64,000 bases of DNA, from NCBI GenBank assembly GCA_001662655.1, contig KV460215.1; one strand, given 5' to 3'. Every line of letters begins with the position of its first letter. Position 1 is the first letter of the stretch. Shown piece after piece: positions 1 through 10,921 of this stretch. Below the pieces are notes generated by a model, which did no database searches, was not told the origin of the DNA, and was given only the letters and a program-made list of their open reading frames with translations. A program made the translations under genes and the position numbers. Source of the stretch: Pseudogymnoascus verrucosus (taxonomy: Eukaryota).

Positions 1-190
1 GGCAGTCAGCATTTGCCCACCTGCATACTACGCCGACCTGGCCTGCGAGCGTGCCCGATGCTACCTACATAAGGAGTACGAGCCCTCGCATCCAGGGGGT
101 TCGAGTGTAAGCGGCGGCGCGCAGCCGAGTACATTGGAATCCGATATTAAGGTCCATGATAGGCTCAAGGACTCGATGTTTTACATTTAA
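1..190 (+). CDS. Argonaute/Piwi protein (QDE-2-like), C-terminal end; 5' part lies outside the window
   Basis: Manual translation from nt 2: AVSICPPAYYADLACERARCYL...IKVHDRLKDSMFYI*, stop TAA 188-190. This is the typical end of a eukaryotic PIWI domain. Not in the ORF track. Confidence 0.92.
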   Translation, partial: AVSICPPAYYADLACERARCYLHKEYEPSHPGGSSVSGGAQPSTLESDIKVHDRLKDSMFYI

Positions 191-425
191 TTTATATTTA
201 TGACTTTGACGATGATTGATGATCTTTCTGGGAACTTTTGGGGGATTTCTTTGACTTGGAGTTTCGCGAATTGGAAATGGATGGAGGCTAGATTTAGCAG
301 CGTTGGATTTTTGAATCTTACAACTTGGTATTGATTCTTTTAATGTGATGGTAATTGGTTTCCGTAAGAGTCTGTGATATCCGGTGCAATTGTGATATTA
401 GAGCTTGAGCCATAACCCGCCCAAT

Positions 426-1271
426 TTACTCCAATCCCAAGATCTTCTCCGCAGCCTTCTTCAACGCAGCCATCGACTCCCTCCACAACGTCGGCCCAAC
501 ACTAATCCTACAAACCCCAATCTCCTTCCACTCCGCAACCGTAACCTTCCCACCCCCACCACTCAACAGCACCGCTACCTTCCCATCAAGCTCCTTAACA
601 AGCGTCTTCACATCATCCACCGTCACCGGTCCCCAAACAAAAAAGCTCGTCGCCCCGGCCTCCAAGTACGCCTTCCCCCTCCTCACCGCCTCCTTTAACA
701 CGTCCTCGTGCCCCCACCCCTCAGGCAGTGGATCAAGCACGAAAAGATCCGTCCTGGCATTCACCACGAAATCAGGTAAGCCTTTCTCCTTCGCAACTTC
801 AAACACGACTTTCAGCCTCTCTACCTGCTCCTCTACTGTCCTCAACCCTTCTAACCCTTTCCCATACCCCGTAGCGGGAATCCCATCCTCGATATTCGCC
901 CCGACGACACCGAGATCAATAGCACCACCTATGCACTCACGTAGCTGGTAGCCATACCCATCCTGCAAATCCGCGCTGAGCGGGACGCCAGCAGCGCGCG
1001 CGATGGGAGAGATAAGGGACAGAGCTTCCAGGTTCAAAGGCAAAGTGAGGTCGGCGTCCGCGAGGCCGAGGGTCCCTGCTATGGCGAACGAACCCGTTGC
1101 GAGGGCGCGGACGGGGGTGGAGGTTGGGGTGTTGAGGGCGAGGACGGTGGTGGTGGAGGGGATGTCGTGGACGTTGCTGAGGACGAAGGGGGAGGAGGGT
1201 TGGTGGAGGGCTTTGAGTTTGAGGGCGTAGGCGTTGTCGATGGGGACGGGCTGGGGGGTTGGGGTTGGCAT
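426..1271 (-). CDS. PEP mutase / isocitrate lyase superfamily protein
   Basis: 281-aa intronless ORF with motifs SADLQDGYG, GANIEDG, NARTD, AYLEAGA and RISVGP. Confidence 0.85.
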   Translation of the reverse strand: MPTPTPQPVPIDNAYALKLKALHQPSSPFVLSNVHDIPSTTTVLALNTPTSTPVRALATGSFAIAGTLGLADADLTLPLNLEALSLISPIARAAGVPLSADLQDGYGYQLRECIGGAIDLGVVGANIEDGIPATGYGKGLEGLRTVEEQVERLKVVFEVAKEKGLPDFVVNARTDLFVLDPLPEGWGHEDVLKEAVRRGKAYLEAGATSFFVWGPVTVDDVKTLVKELDGKVAVLLSGGGGKVTVAEWKEIGVCRISVGPTLWRESMAALKKAAEKILGLE

Positions 1272-1943
1272 TGTGGTGGTGTTGGGTTGGGTGGAGAGGT
1301 TGAATGTGATAAATTGGGAGTCCTGTTAAACTTTCGGCTTGGGATAAAGTTTCAGTGGAGGATGATGTTATGGGTGCTTAGTTTGGATTTCAACTTAGAC
1401 TTTTTGAATACGTTTATAGAAACTATAAAGGAAGGGACCTTGTTATATATTACAGATCAGACAGGCGGGGTAGGCTGCGGGGTTCTGTGCGAACACCAAA
1501 GGATGACTCCGGTTCTCCGGTGTATATTTCAGGAAGGTGATTACTCACCAATCGTGAATACAGACACCAAAACGCGCCCTTACAGGATACCGAGATCTAG
1601 GCAGAAGTGTGCTACACAGAAAGTGGCGGGCATTAATCGAACCGTATTACTACCCTTATAAGGACAATAGTGCAGCTGTGGCGGTGGGTTGGTGAATGAC
1701 ATGTTTGGTATATGGTGGCGCATTTAATAATCTACTGCACTTAGATGAGCTTCATATATTTGCTTTGTAACCAGCGCTCTCTCTATCATCACACATGCTG
1801 TCAAGTAATAACCAAGAAATAGCTTTGGTAATAATAATTACACATTTGTAAGTTCGTTATAATGCCGTGTATGATAAGCAATACATCCCAAACCCGCGTA
1901 TACAAAAATGAACCGAACAGCCAGTCCAATGCAAATCGCTCGC

Positions 1944-3311
1944 TCATTCGCCTGGCTTAGAAATGAGATCCGGGATATCATCGACTGTGTTGTTTCCTTC
2001 CAAAATATCTGGGGTATGGTTAGCGAGGGCGTGGGGGGGAAGCTGGGCTGCGCTAAACGGGATACTTACTATAAACCGCAGTAAACAATGGGTATTCATG
2101 CGCCAGTCCCCTGCTGTTCAAAAACGAGTGTACCTCATACGCGGTGCTCGTTCCCTGCAGCTTCTGCCCATTCAGCTCGCGCTTCTCGATCTCGTTGATT
2201 GAGAGGCCCTCCTCTACCGACATCTTTGCGCACTTGTGGTTCCTGCCACCCGAACAGCTGGTAATGAGATCAGCCACGCCACAGCTCTCCTCGAGGAATG
2301 TGGCTGGGTCGACGGTCTCGGCAAAGAATTCTTTGCCGAACTTGACCATCTCGAGTAGGCCGACACGCATGACAGCTGCTTTGGCATTGTCACCCCATCC
2401 GCGGCCATCGACGAAGCCAGCGGCTACGGCGACGATGTTCTTCAGTGCGCCTCCGAGAGAGACACCTGCAACATCGTGGATCACGCGAATGTGGAAGTAT
2501 TGTCGGTGGAACAGTGTGTGCCAAAGAGCATGGTCTATAGGAGGATAGTCGGAAGGTAAGGGAGTTAGTTTGACAGACGAGACTTCTCCGTGTACATCAA
2601 GGTGCTGCAACCCCTTTAAGTCGTCGGTTGAGGCCTGGGGAGACGGCCCTCTCGGCGTAGGGGTTCGAGAATCCAGCATGGGCGGGTCGTATCCGATGGT
2701 GGTTTCGGACCATTTCTCCTTGGCGATTTCTGTGGCGAGGTTGGCACCGGACAGTGCTCCGACGTAGATTCCCAAGCCCTTTCCAATCGTTTCCGAGAAG
2801 AGACTCACTGATGCATCCGTGACGTGAACGCCCTTGATGCAGGATATTCCACGGGCGAAGGGGAGGATGTGGCCGCGCATTTGCTGGGAGAGTCTGCCAA
2901 TAAACTGGTGGGGTAGGTTGAAGATCAGGATTGAGGCGCCCTCTACGGCGTTTTCTACCGATGGGTTGGCGACAAGGTTCGTCGGCAATGGGATATCTGG
3001 GAGGTATTTGAAGTTCTCGTGGTATTTGTTGATCAGGCTCGTAAGCTTCTCTGGTTTGGCGGAGTCTCCTGGGTAATGTTTCGAGTTTTTGGGGATGGTG
3101 ACTTCTTCCTCGAAAACCCACATCTGAACATCCTCTTCGAATAATTCGGGGTGCGCCCTTGTGTTCTCTGCTACGATCTTTGCGATAGTTGAACCCCTAC
3201 ACAATTGAAGGTCAGTACAGGCCATTGGAAATTGGGGCAGCGCACTCACCAGTTTCCCGATCCTACAACGGCCACCTTATGCCTTTTCGATGGGGCGTTG
3301 AGAGTCGCCAT
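1944..3311 (-). CDS. GPD1: NAD-dependent glycerol-3-phosphate dehydrogenase (3 exons; possible longer start at 3404)
   Basis: Exon 1 [21 protein letters not shown], then a GTGAGT intron. Exon 2 has [27 protein letters not shown] and TSCSGGRN. The last exon [21 protein letters not shown] ends at 1944. Confidence 0.95.
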
Positions 3312-4677
3312 GTTATGTGTCTGAGAAGGCTTGAGATGCAGCGCAGTTTGTATGACCCGTTGTTGAGCCTTACCTGCGGCTGTCACAGAAGTTTTGGATA
3401 GCATCCAGGCTAGTTTGAAGCAAAATATCTATAGTTGAGCAAAAAGGGTCGTCTTTGGGCGTGCTACTGAGATTCTTGTTGGGGAAACGGGGATTTGCTT
3501 GTAGAAATTAGTATATCTATACACGCAGGAGATATAAGGATGCTGAACGACCGAGAGAAAGCCGTCGACCGAGGGACAGGGCTTCCGGGCTAGCCAAGTA
3601 GTGGATCGGCAGGAATTTATAAAAGAAGCTAGCAACGATATTGCACGAGAAGTGGTGAGAATGGTTGAGCTACTGATGAGGCTCGGGAGAAAAAAGCGGG
3701 GAGGGAAGGGGTCGCCGATGAGATAGATATACCGGAAGCAGTTTAGCGTTAAGATCTAAATCTGCACAGTCGTGGGATCTCGTGGGATTTTACTTTCACA
3801 TGTTTTGAAGCGGCGCTACCGAGATTAGTCAGCAGAGCTTAAAGGCTTACTTTCGTTACTTTTGCACGATATAGATTGAAACTCTCCGGAACTACGTCAT
3901 ATGTCAGGGAGTCGAGTCCAAAATGCCGCTACATGTGAGAATCCGCGGTCAACGGGGCTCGGGAGCATGTGTCGATCACGACTATTTCAACGTGCAGAAT
4001 TTATTTATTAGCCGTCCGAGGAGGAGCCAGAGGAGAGTATAGGCCATGATATTTGGAATAGCAATGATGGGGATAGTTGCTACGGCCCTGTGAACCCTGC
4101 AACCCTAAAGCCGGGGTTCTATCAGTCCGTGTTACGGTGATGGCCTCGTCCAGAACACAGATTGCGCGGCATGACAGCCTACAAAAACTCACTAACACGG
4201 CCAGGCTGAATTGCCAGCCATTAAAAGCTTGTGAGGCTATCCCCTGTCATACGACGTGCTGCGGGGTAAAGTCTACGTCCGCCAATAAAGTAGAGCGCCC
4301 TTCTTTCATAATCAAGGGATCCAATATGAGACCTCTTAGTAATTGCATCAGGGAGGCGTTTTGGTGCATCCCGACGACCTCATAAATGCGGTCGACAAAT
4401 GGGAAAGGCAGTGTCTAACACAACCTGGGCTGGAGCTGAAAAACAGTGCATGTTGTGGCTTTTATCACCCTTGTAGCATTTGCTGCCAATGCGGGACAAA
4501 AGCTTGCCTTATCTCTGTGACATATTACACATATAAGTATGCTTGGGTGAATGGATGGAGCTGTGTCGAGCTGTGATATTCTCCTAAAATCTACAGAGAT
4601 TCTTGAATGCCTTTGATCAGTGATATCTACTCTACGAAACATCTAAACCTCCATCTATTCCAGTGACAACACTCACA

Positions 4678-6058
4678 ATGCAAGGCATCGTCGTCGACAA
4701 TGCGGGTGGGGACTTCCACCTCGTAGACACGCTCGAGGAGCCTACCCCAGGCCGAAACCAGATCTTGGTCAAGTCTCTTGTTACTGCCATCAACCCCGTG
4801 TACGGCTACCCTTGTAATTTTCTATCACATAGCTAATATACATCCCACAGTGAAGGATTCATGCAAGGCACCGGGCAACTGGTAACAGCCTGGCCTATTG
4901 TCCTTGGCTGCGACGCCTCGGGAACCGTAGTCGAAGTTGGCGAGGGCGTGACGAAATTCAAGATCGGCGATGCTGTGTTCGGGTGCACCACGCTGGGAAC
5001 CCCTGGGCACTCGACTTTCCAAGAATATGTAGGCGATTTGCAGATATATAAATTTATTGGAGATTATTGCTAATGCTGCTAACTAAGTTTTTAATGGATG
5101 AGGATCTTACGTTTAAGAAGCCGGGGGGCGTGACTACGGAACAGGCTGCGACTATTGGCGTTGGGCTTCTTGTAAGATGGGATTCTGTTCTCAATGTAAT
5201 GATGAAGCTAATTTATAACACAGACTGCAGCTTTGGGTGTCATTATTGGGGCAAACGTCGAGTTAAAAGCTAAAGAGAGTAATTCCCAAAGCCCATGGTT
5301 GATTGTTCTCGGTGCAGCCGGAGGTGTTGGCCAGTTCGCCGTTCAGGTATATCTTTCTCCATATATCAAATAGCGGTACTGTATCTAACCACTATATCAG
5401 TTGGGCAAGCTATGCGGCTATAGGGTTCTTGGATCCTCCTCCCCTTCTAACACCGAGGTATTGGTGTCCGCATTATTTCACAGGCCTCTCACTAACAGAA
5501 CTATAAGGTCGTCAAAGCCGCCGGAGCAGAAGCAGTCTTCGACTACAAACTTCCCCTCGATGAACAGTTAGCTACTATTCAACAGGTAACTAATGGCAAC
5601 TTCACTCGCGTCTTTGATGCTAGCGCAATGGGCACCGAAACAGGCATAGACGCAGTCACGCAAGTTGCCGATCAAAGAGCTCCAGAGAGGTACTTCTCCA
5701 CGACTAATGACTGGTAAGTATCCTTTCCAAGCCCAGCTTCAATTTCCTCTAATTATTTTTGGCCACGTCGATTAATCGTGTATAAAGGGCTCCCATCGAT
5801 CCTCGAGAAGGCGTGGCGATTCACCATGTGGAGTTGGGACAAATCGGACGCTCGGGGAGTGAGAAAGCGGAGAAAATCAATAAGGATATTGTCACCATGA
5901 TCCCTAATTTGGAGGATTATTTGGGGGCTGGCCTTCTGAGACCGCTTGAATATGTGCAGGTGGGAGATATTGGGGTTGGGGAGGTTTTGAAAGCCCTGGA
6001 GGCGTTTAAGAATCATAAGAGTGGGAAGAAACTTGTGGTGAGGCTGGCGGAGAACTAG
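4678..6058 (+). CDS. MDR (GroES-like) oxidoreductase, enoyl-reductase-like; about 8 exons
   Basis: Spliced pieces: MQGIVVDN...AINPV, VLGCDASGTVVEVGEGVTKFKIGDAVFG, LGAAGGVGQFAVQ (Rossmann), AGAEAVFDY, SGKKLVVRLAEN*. Confidence 0.85.
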
Positions 6059-6318
6059 GAATTAGTTAGTGTTGAATTAACGACATCTATTCACGATTAG
6101 TTTTCCTATATATGTATCACACGTTTCTACGAGATATGCCAGTTAGCATTGAACGGTGGCCCAGGCTGCTCCGCCTTCAGTAATGGCATCGAAGATGGCT
6201 TCTAGGACTAGGACTTAATAATTGAATTTCAACCGTCCTTCTACACCCCAAAATCTTACATATATAACACAGGGGTATCACTTTATAAATCATCACCACC
6301 ACAACCCCCCGTCCAACC

Positions 6319-7060
6319 TCACAACACCACCCACCCCACAACCCCCACCACCACCCCCTCCCACCAACTCCACCCCACCCTCCCCCTCCCCTCACTCACC
6401 ACACCCTCCGAATTCCCATTCCTCACCCCCTCCACCTGCTCCTGCACATTCTCCCTAAAATCCCCAATCACATTCCCCGGCGGATAATACTCACACACAA
6501 CATACCACCCCGGGCTGCCCCCCCTCCTATCACACTCCCTCCTTCCACATCCCACAGTGGTCGTATCCTTCCAGACAACCTGCGTGAAGTGACCTGTCTC
6601 GTGGCTGAATTCGGCTTTTTTGAAATCGTACGAGGAGCGCTCGGTGCCCCAGGCGTCTATGGAGGATGTGGCGTTTGGGTAGCCGGCGGCGAGGTTCTCG
6701 CCTGTTGGGCCGCCCTGGAGTTTGTTTGTTAGCAACTGTCTTTATATTCCTCTCTAGGTAGAGTGTATTGAAAGGATTTATGCTTACCGAGTGCTCGAAT
6801 TCGCACGCCTCCGCCCAGTCCGCTGCATACGCTGCGCTTGTCGTGTTCCACGCCAGGGCGCTGGCATTGTGTTCTTTGCGGTAGAAATTGTGTGTCTCGA
6901 GGATGGCGCGCTGGAAGGCGCGGGGGGAGGTGTATTCTGTAGATGGCGGGGTTGGTGTAGCGGCTGCGCCGAGTGTCGTAGGGATGGTCGTGTGGACAGT
7001 GACCGTTACCGCGGCGTAAGCGGATGGGAGGAGCAGGAAGACAGGTAATCGGAGTCGCAT
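6319..7060 (-). CDS. Secreted CAP/SCP (PR-1/Pry-like) protein with hydrophobic C-terminus; intron 6715-6787
   Basis: Signal peptide; HNFYRKEH, GENLA, GHFTQVVW and YVVCEYYPPGNV CAP signatures. Confidence 0.9.
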
Positions 7061-7971
7061 ACTGTGCGTATAGTGCTGGGAGTGTCACACAAGTACATGC
7101 AAAGAAGAGATCAACGTCGGAAGTGATTCAAGCACGCATATTCATTCATGTAGGGAAGGAACTTCATTGATGTGTCGCTCCTGCCATTTGAGAGAAAACA
7201 ATGAAAGAAATAGTCCCATCTCGCCCTTCCAGCCTCGTTGCGGAGAACAAGGAACGAGACAAGAACCACTCACCGTGCATAGCCTCAGAGAAACACGTTT
7301 CATCCCGGTATGCTGATAATACGTCGTTTGTTTCTTTGCGCGGCTTTCGAGGCGGTGTTTCTGGCGTTTCTTGGTTAGGGGAATCCGTTGGTGATGGGTT
7401 GGTGGCCGCGATTGGGGTTGGCGCCCGTCAGCCTTGTCTATGACGACATGATGCAGAGAAACAAAAGGACAGGGGTACCTATCGATGTCACGTGTTATGG
7501 TTCCATTTCAATGAGAAGTCTTGAAGGTTTAAAAAGAGTGGTATGCGCATCTCAGTGAAGAGTCCTTAGTAGTAAAAACTAGCAGAAAAAAGCAATAAAA
7601 TCATACAAACAATACAAAAAGTGGCCTAGATAAGCGGAGTATTCAAAAAAAGACGCGTTATGTATAATAGTGCTCCGGCCGTATCCCAACCCATCATACA
7701 CAATAGTGTCCTTTTTCTGACTCCTGCGAGCCCTTTGTCGTTTATCCCATTTTATTTACCTTCCTCCAGAGTACGCCTTGTGCATGCCATCCATCTTCAT
7801 ACTCCGTAACCCCCTCCGTTGTTGTGTGTTGTGATATTCCCATTCGATATTCAATGAGTGTCCAAGTCACATCTCTGCCTCATACAAAACTCGCCCACTT
7901 AATAAATCCTTCCGTTCAAGAAGAGAAAGTAGACCGTGCAAGTGATTAGTCACTCGAGACGGTATCGCACA

Positions 7972-10921
7972 TTAAATAGCTGCCAGTCTTTGGAGAACCG
8001 TGAGAACACCTAAGTACCGTTAGTATTTTCTAAACTGAATAGCATAGTATCATGAGACTCACCAGTAACTCCCTGCGTCAGCGTCTTCATAGCCTCCGTG
8101 TTACGGCTTCCCAAGCTCACAGTCGTAACATACGGAACCTCACCCTTCTCCTCTATTTCATTCGCCCACCTGAAGACCACTTCGTCTTCGCGTCCATCAC
8201 CGACGACCAATAAGAAATCCACGGGGTATTTGCCCTTCCGGGCTGGTTCCATGCCGTCCTTGATGTTCTTGAAGATGATTTCGGCAGCAGTGCGCTTCGT
8301 CCACTTCATCGACTCGACAATAACAGCTCCCTCGACGGGAATGGCGCGGACATGCTGGTCCTCGCATGCATCGTTAATATGGCCGGCACAGTCTCCAGCC
8401 TGACGAGAGGCCGTTTCGAAGTCCTCGGCATTCTTGTAGTGGAAGATCAGCGAGCAATGGCGAGTCTCGACCCAGCTGCCCGGGGTCCTGTCTTTGTAGT
8501 AGTTCATGATTCCAATGACGGAATCCTTCCAGGCGTTCATTTCATTCGGATCAGACATCTCTTGCCATTCCGTCTTTCCGAATTCGCGGAGGAATGCGCC
8601 ATTCTCAGCAATCAGACCAAGGTTCGGCACGCGCTTGAATAGAGTATCAAGTTCCTCGGGCTTGCGGCCGCTCATGACATAGACCATGTTCCTCTCATCT
8701 ATGAGAAGATCATTCAGTGCGTCGATTGTTCGCTGTGGGCTGGTCAAGATGATGTTGCTGGGAGAACCCCAAACGGCCAAAGTTCCCTCGTAATCGAGAA
8801 TGAAAAGACGACGACCTGAGGACTGGTATTGAGAGCTTAAACCGGGGATGGACAGGCGAGGAACCGAGGTGGTGTCCCGTCTGTGCTGTTCCTCATAGAC
8901 TTCATCTAACTTGTTGATGAACGCATTGAACCAGTGGTCGGCGGTCTCGTGCATGACAGCCTTGTACAGGTTCGTCCACCGCCTCTCTTTTTCAGGGTTT
9001 TCCATCTCAAGAGCTGTCTTGATGGCCTCCGCACACTGGCGGTAGTCCCAGGGGTTGATGGAGAGATCATAGCCGCCGAAGATAGAGGCACTTCCAGTAA
9101 ATTCGCTCAAAATGAGAGATCCGTATTTGTTGTGACCTTCGAACTTGCCATCCTGGCAGAAGAGGTACTCGTGACTGGTCAAGTTCATGCCCTCACGCTG
9201 GCTGGCAATCATAAGCGCATCCGCAACAGTTAACAGTGCGAGGTATTGCGCGTAGCTGATGTCCTGCTTCAAGTACACGAGGGGCTGGTAGGCAAGGTTT
9301 GCCCACGACGAGTTGACACGCGTGACAATATCGGAGACGGTGGCGTCAAGTTCGGCTTGCTCAGTGGTTGATGTGGCGACTTGGATCATGACAACGCGGT
9401 CTCTCCATTCGGGGTATTTGTTCAAAAACAGCTCATAAGCCAGGAGCTTAGGCCTTACGCCGCGGACGTGATCAAGCTTGTCTCTGGCGACAATGAGCTT
9501 CTTGCCCCTATATCGCTCTTGCATGGTTTTTAACCATTCTGCGACCTCCGGGTCCTCGCGATGCACACTCAACGCCACCGGATCGATTCCAATCGCCAAG
9601 TTAACAACATTGACGAAGCGATCCTCGAGCTGAACGCCTTCATTTGTAGCTTCAACACACAAAATACGGCTGCAAGTCTGCAAGAAATGGCGAGAGTATT
9701 CGTGAATCTGGAAAGCAATGAGGTTTGCTCCCAGCATTCCCTCCAGAAGCTCCTTTCGAACTGCGAGACAGCGGAAAACTTCGGACGAAGGGAATGCCAC
9801 GTGCAAGAAGAAGCCGATCTTGGCATCAGGAAGCTTCTTCCTCACCAACGCCGGAACGAGGAGCAGATGGTAGTCGTGGACCCAAATCACATCGCCTCGC
9901 TTCCAGTTCTTGACAATCTTATCCGCAAAGGCCTCGTTAACCTTAACATAGTAGACCCATGAATGGTCCTGATAAGTCTTGCTCTTTGGGTTATCCGGAA
10001 TCTGGTAGTGGAACACCGGCCATAGGATCTGCTTGCAGTAGTGGGTATAGGCGCCATCAAAATCGCTATCTTTGCAGAAAACAGTGAGGCAGTCGTATTC
10101 GGCAGCCAGCGCCTCGTCAATATCTTGCTTTTGCTGCGTATTCTCAAGCGCATCAGTGGGCATGCCAAGAGTTCCAACCCAGTTGAAGTCTTGCTTTCCA
10201 CTTCGCGCAGCTGCCTGCACAGCATTACGCAAGCCACCATTGCCCTGGTCAGCGGGCTCAATCGTCCATGTTGCTTCGGAGAAGTTGCGGTCGTGGCTGT
10301 CGTGGCTGTTGCTCCGGTTCAAATGGTTTGTGTGCCGGATGCTGGCGCGTCTCATAGCAGCTGCCTTCTCAACTAGCCTCTTCTTATGCTGCAAAATCGA
10401 TGCTGGCGGTGGCGAGCTTGCCCTGGACTTCGGCTGCACAAAGCTAGTTCCAGTGCCCCATTCGGGCGCATGGGGATCGCTCGGTGCAACCACAGACCGA
10501 GGGTCTACCTTCTTCGGAAAGTGTTTTCGTCCAGTGCCTGCTGATTCCTGGGCGAAGAACTTCTCGTATCCGCCATCTTCCTTGGTTGGCGACTGAGGAG
10601 GTGTAAGCTGTTGCTTATCGAACAGACTGGGAGCATCTTTGGAGGTGTCGATTTGGATTGGAGGGTGTGCTGGAGCATGGGGGCGGAGAGAGCTCCTGCG
10701 GGAGGTAGTGTCGCTCTGAGCTGGGAGAGTAAAGTTGATGGTATGGGGGAGGAAACTAGAGGACACAAGGTCAGCGATTGGACTCAGAAGTTGAAGACGA
10801 TGCCGACAACGAAGTATGAAAGTAGCTAGGCAATTCCATTGGAACACCAGCATATAAAGCCGCAGGGTGGTCGTTGTAAACCACGGGGTGCTACTTACAG
10901 AGAAACCACGAAGATGGTCAT
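7972..10921 (-). CDS. TPS3: Trehalose-6-phosphate synthase/phosphatase complex regulatory subunit (GT20 + TPP-like; TPS3/TSL1/TslA type)
   Basis: Micro-exon MTIFVVSL from 10921 spliced to FLPHTINF. WVHDYHL, GFFLHVAFPSSE and REGMNL motifs. HAD motif reads DYEGT. Last exon GVLTVLQRLAAI* ends at 7972. Confidence 0.88.

Noticed and set aside
6177..6458. Gly/Trp-rich and Pro-rich ORFs
   Set aside because: Products of the G/C strand skew at the 3' end of the CAP gene.
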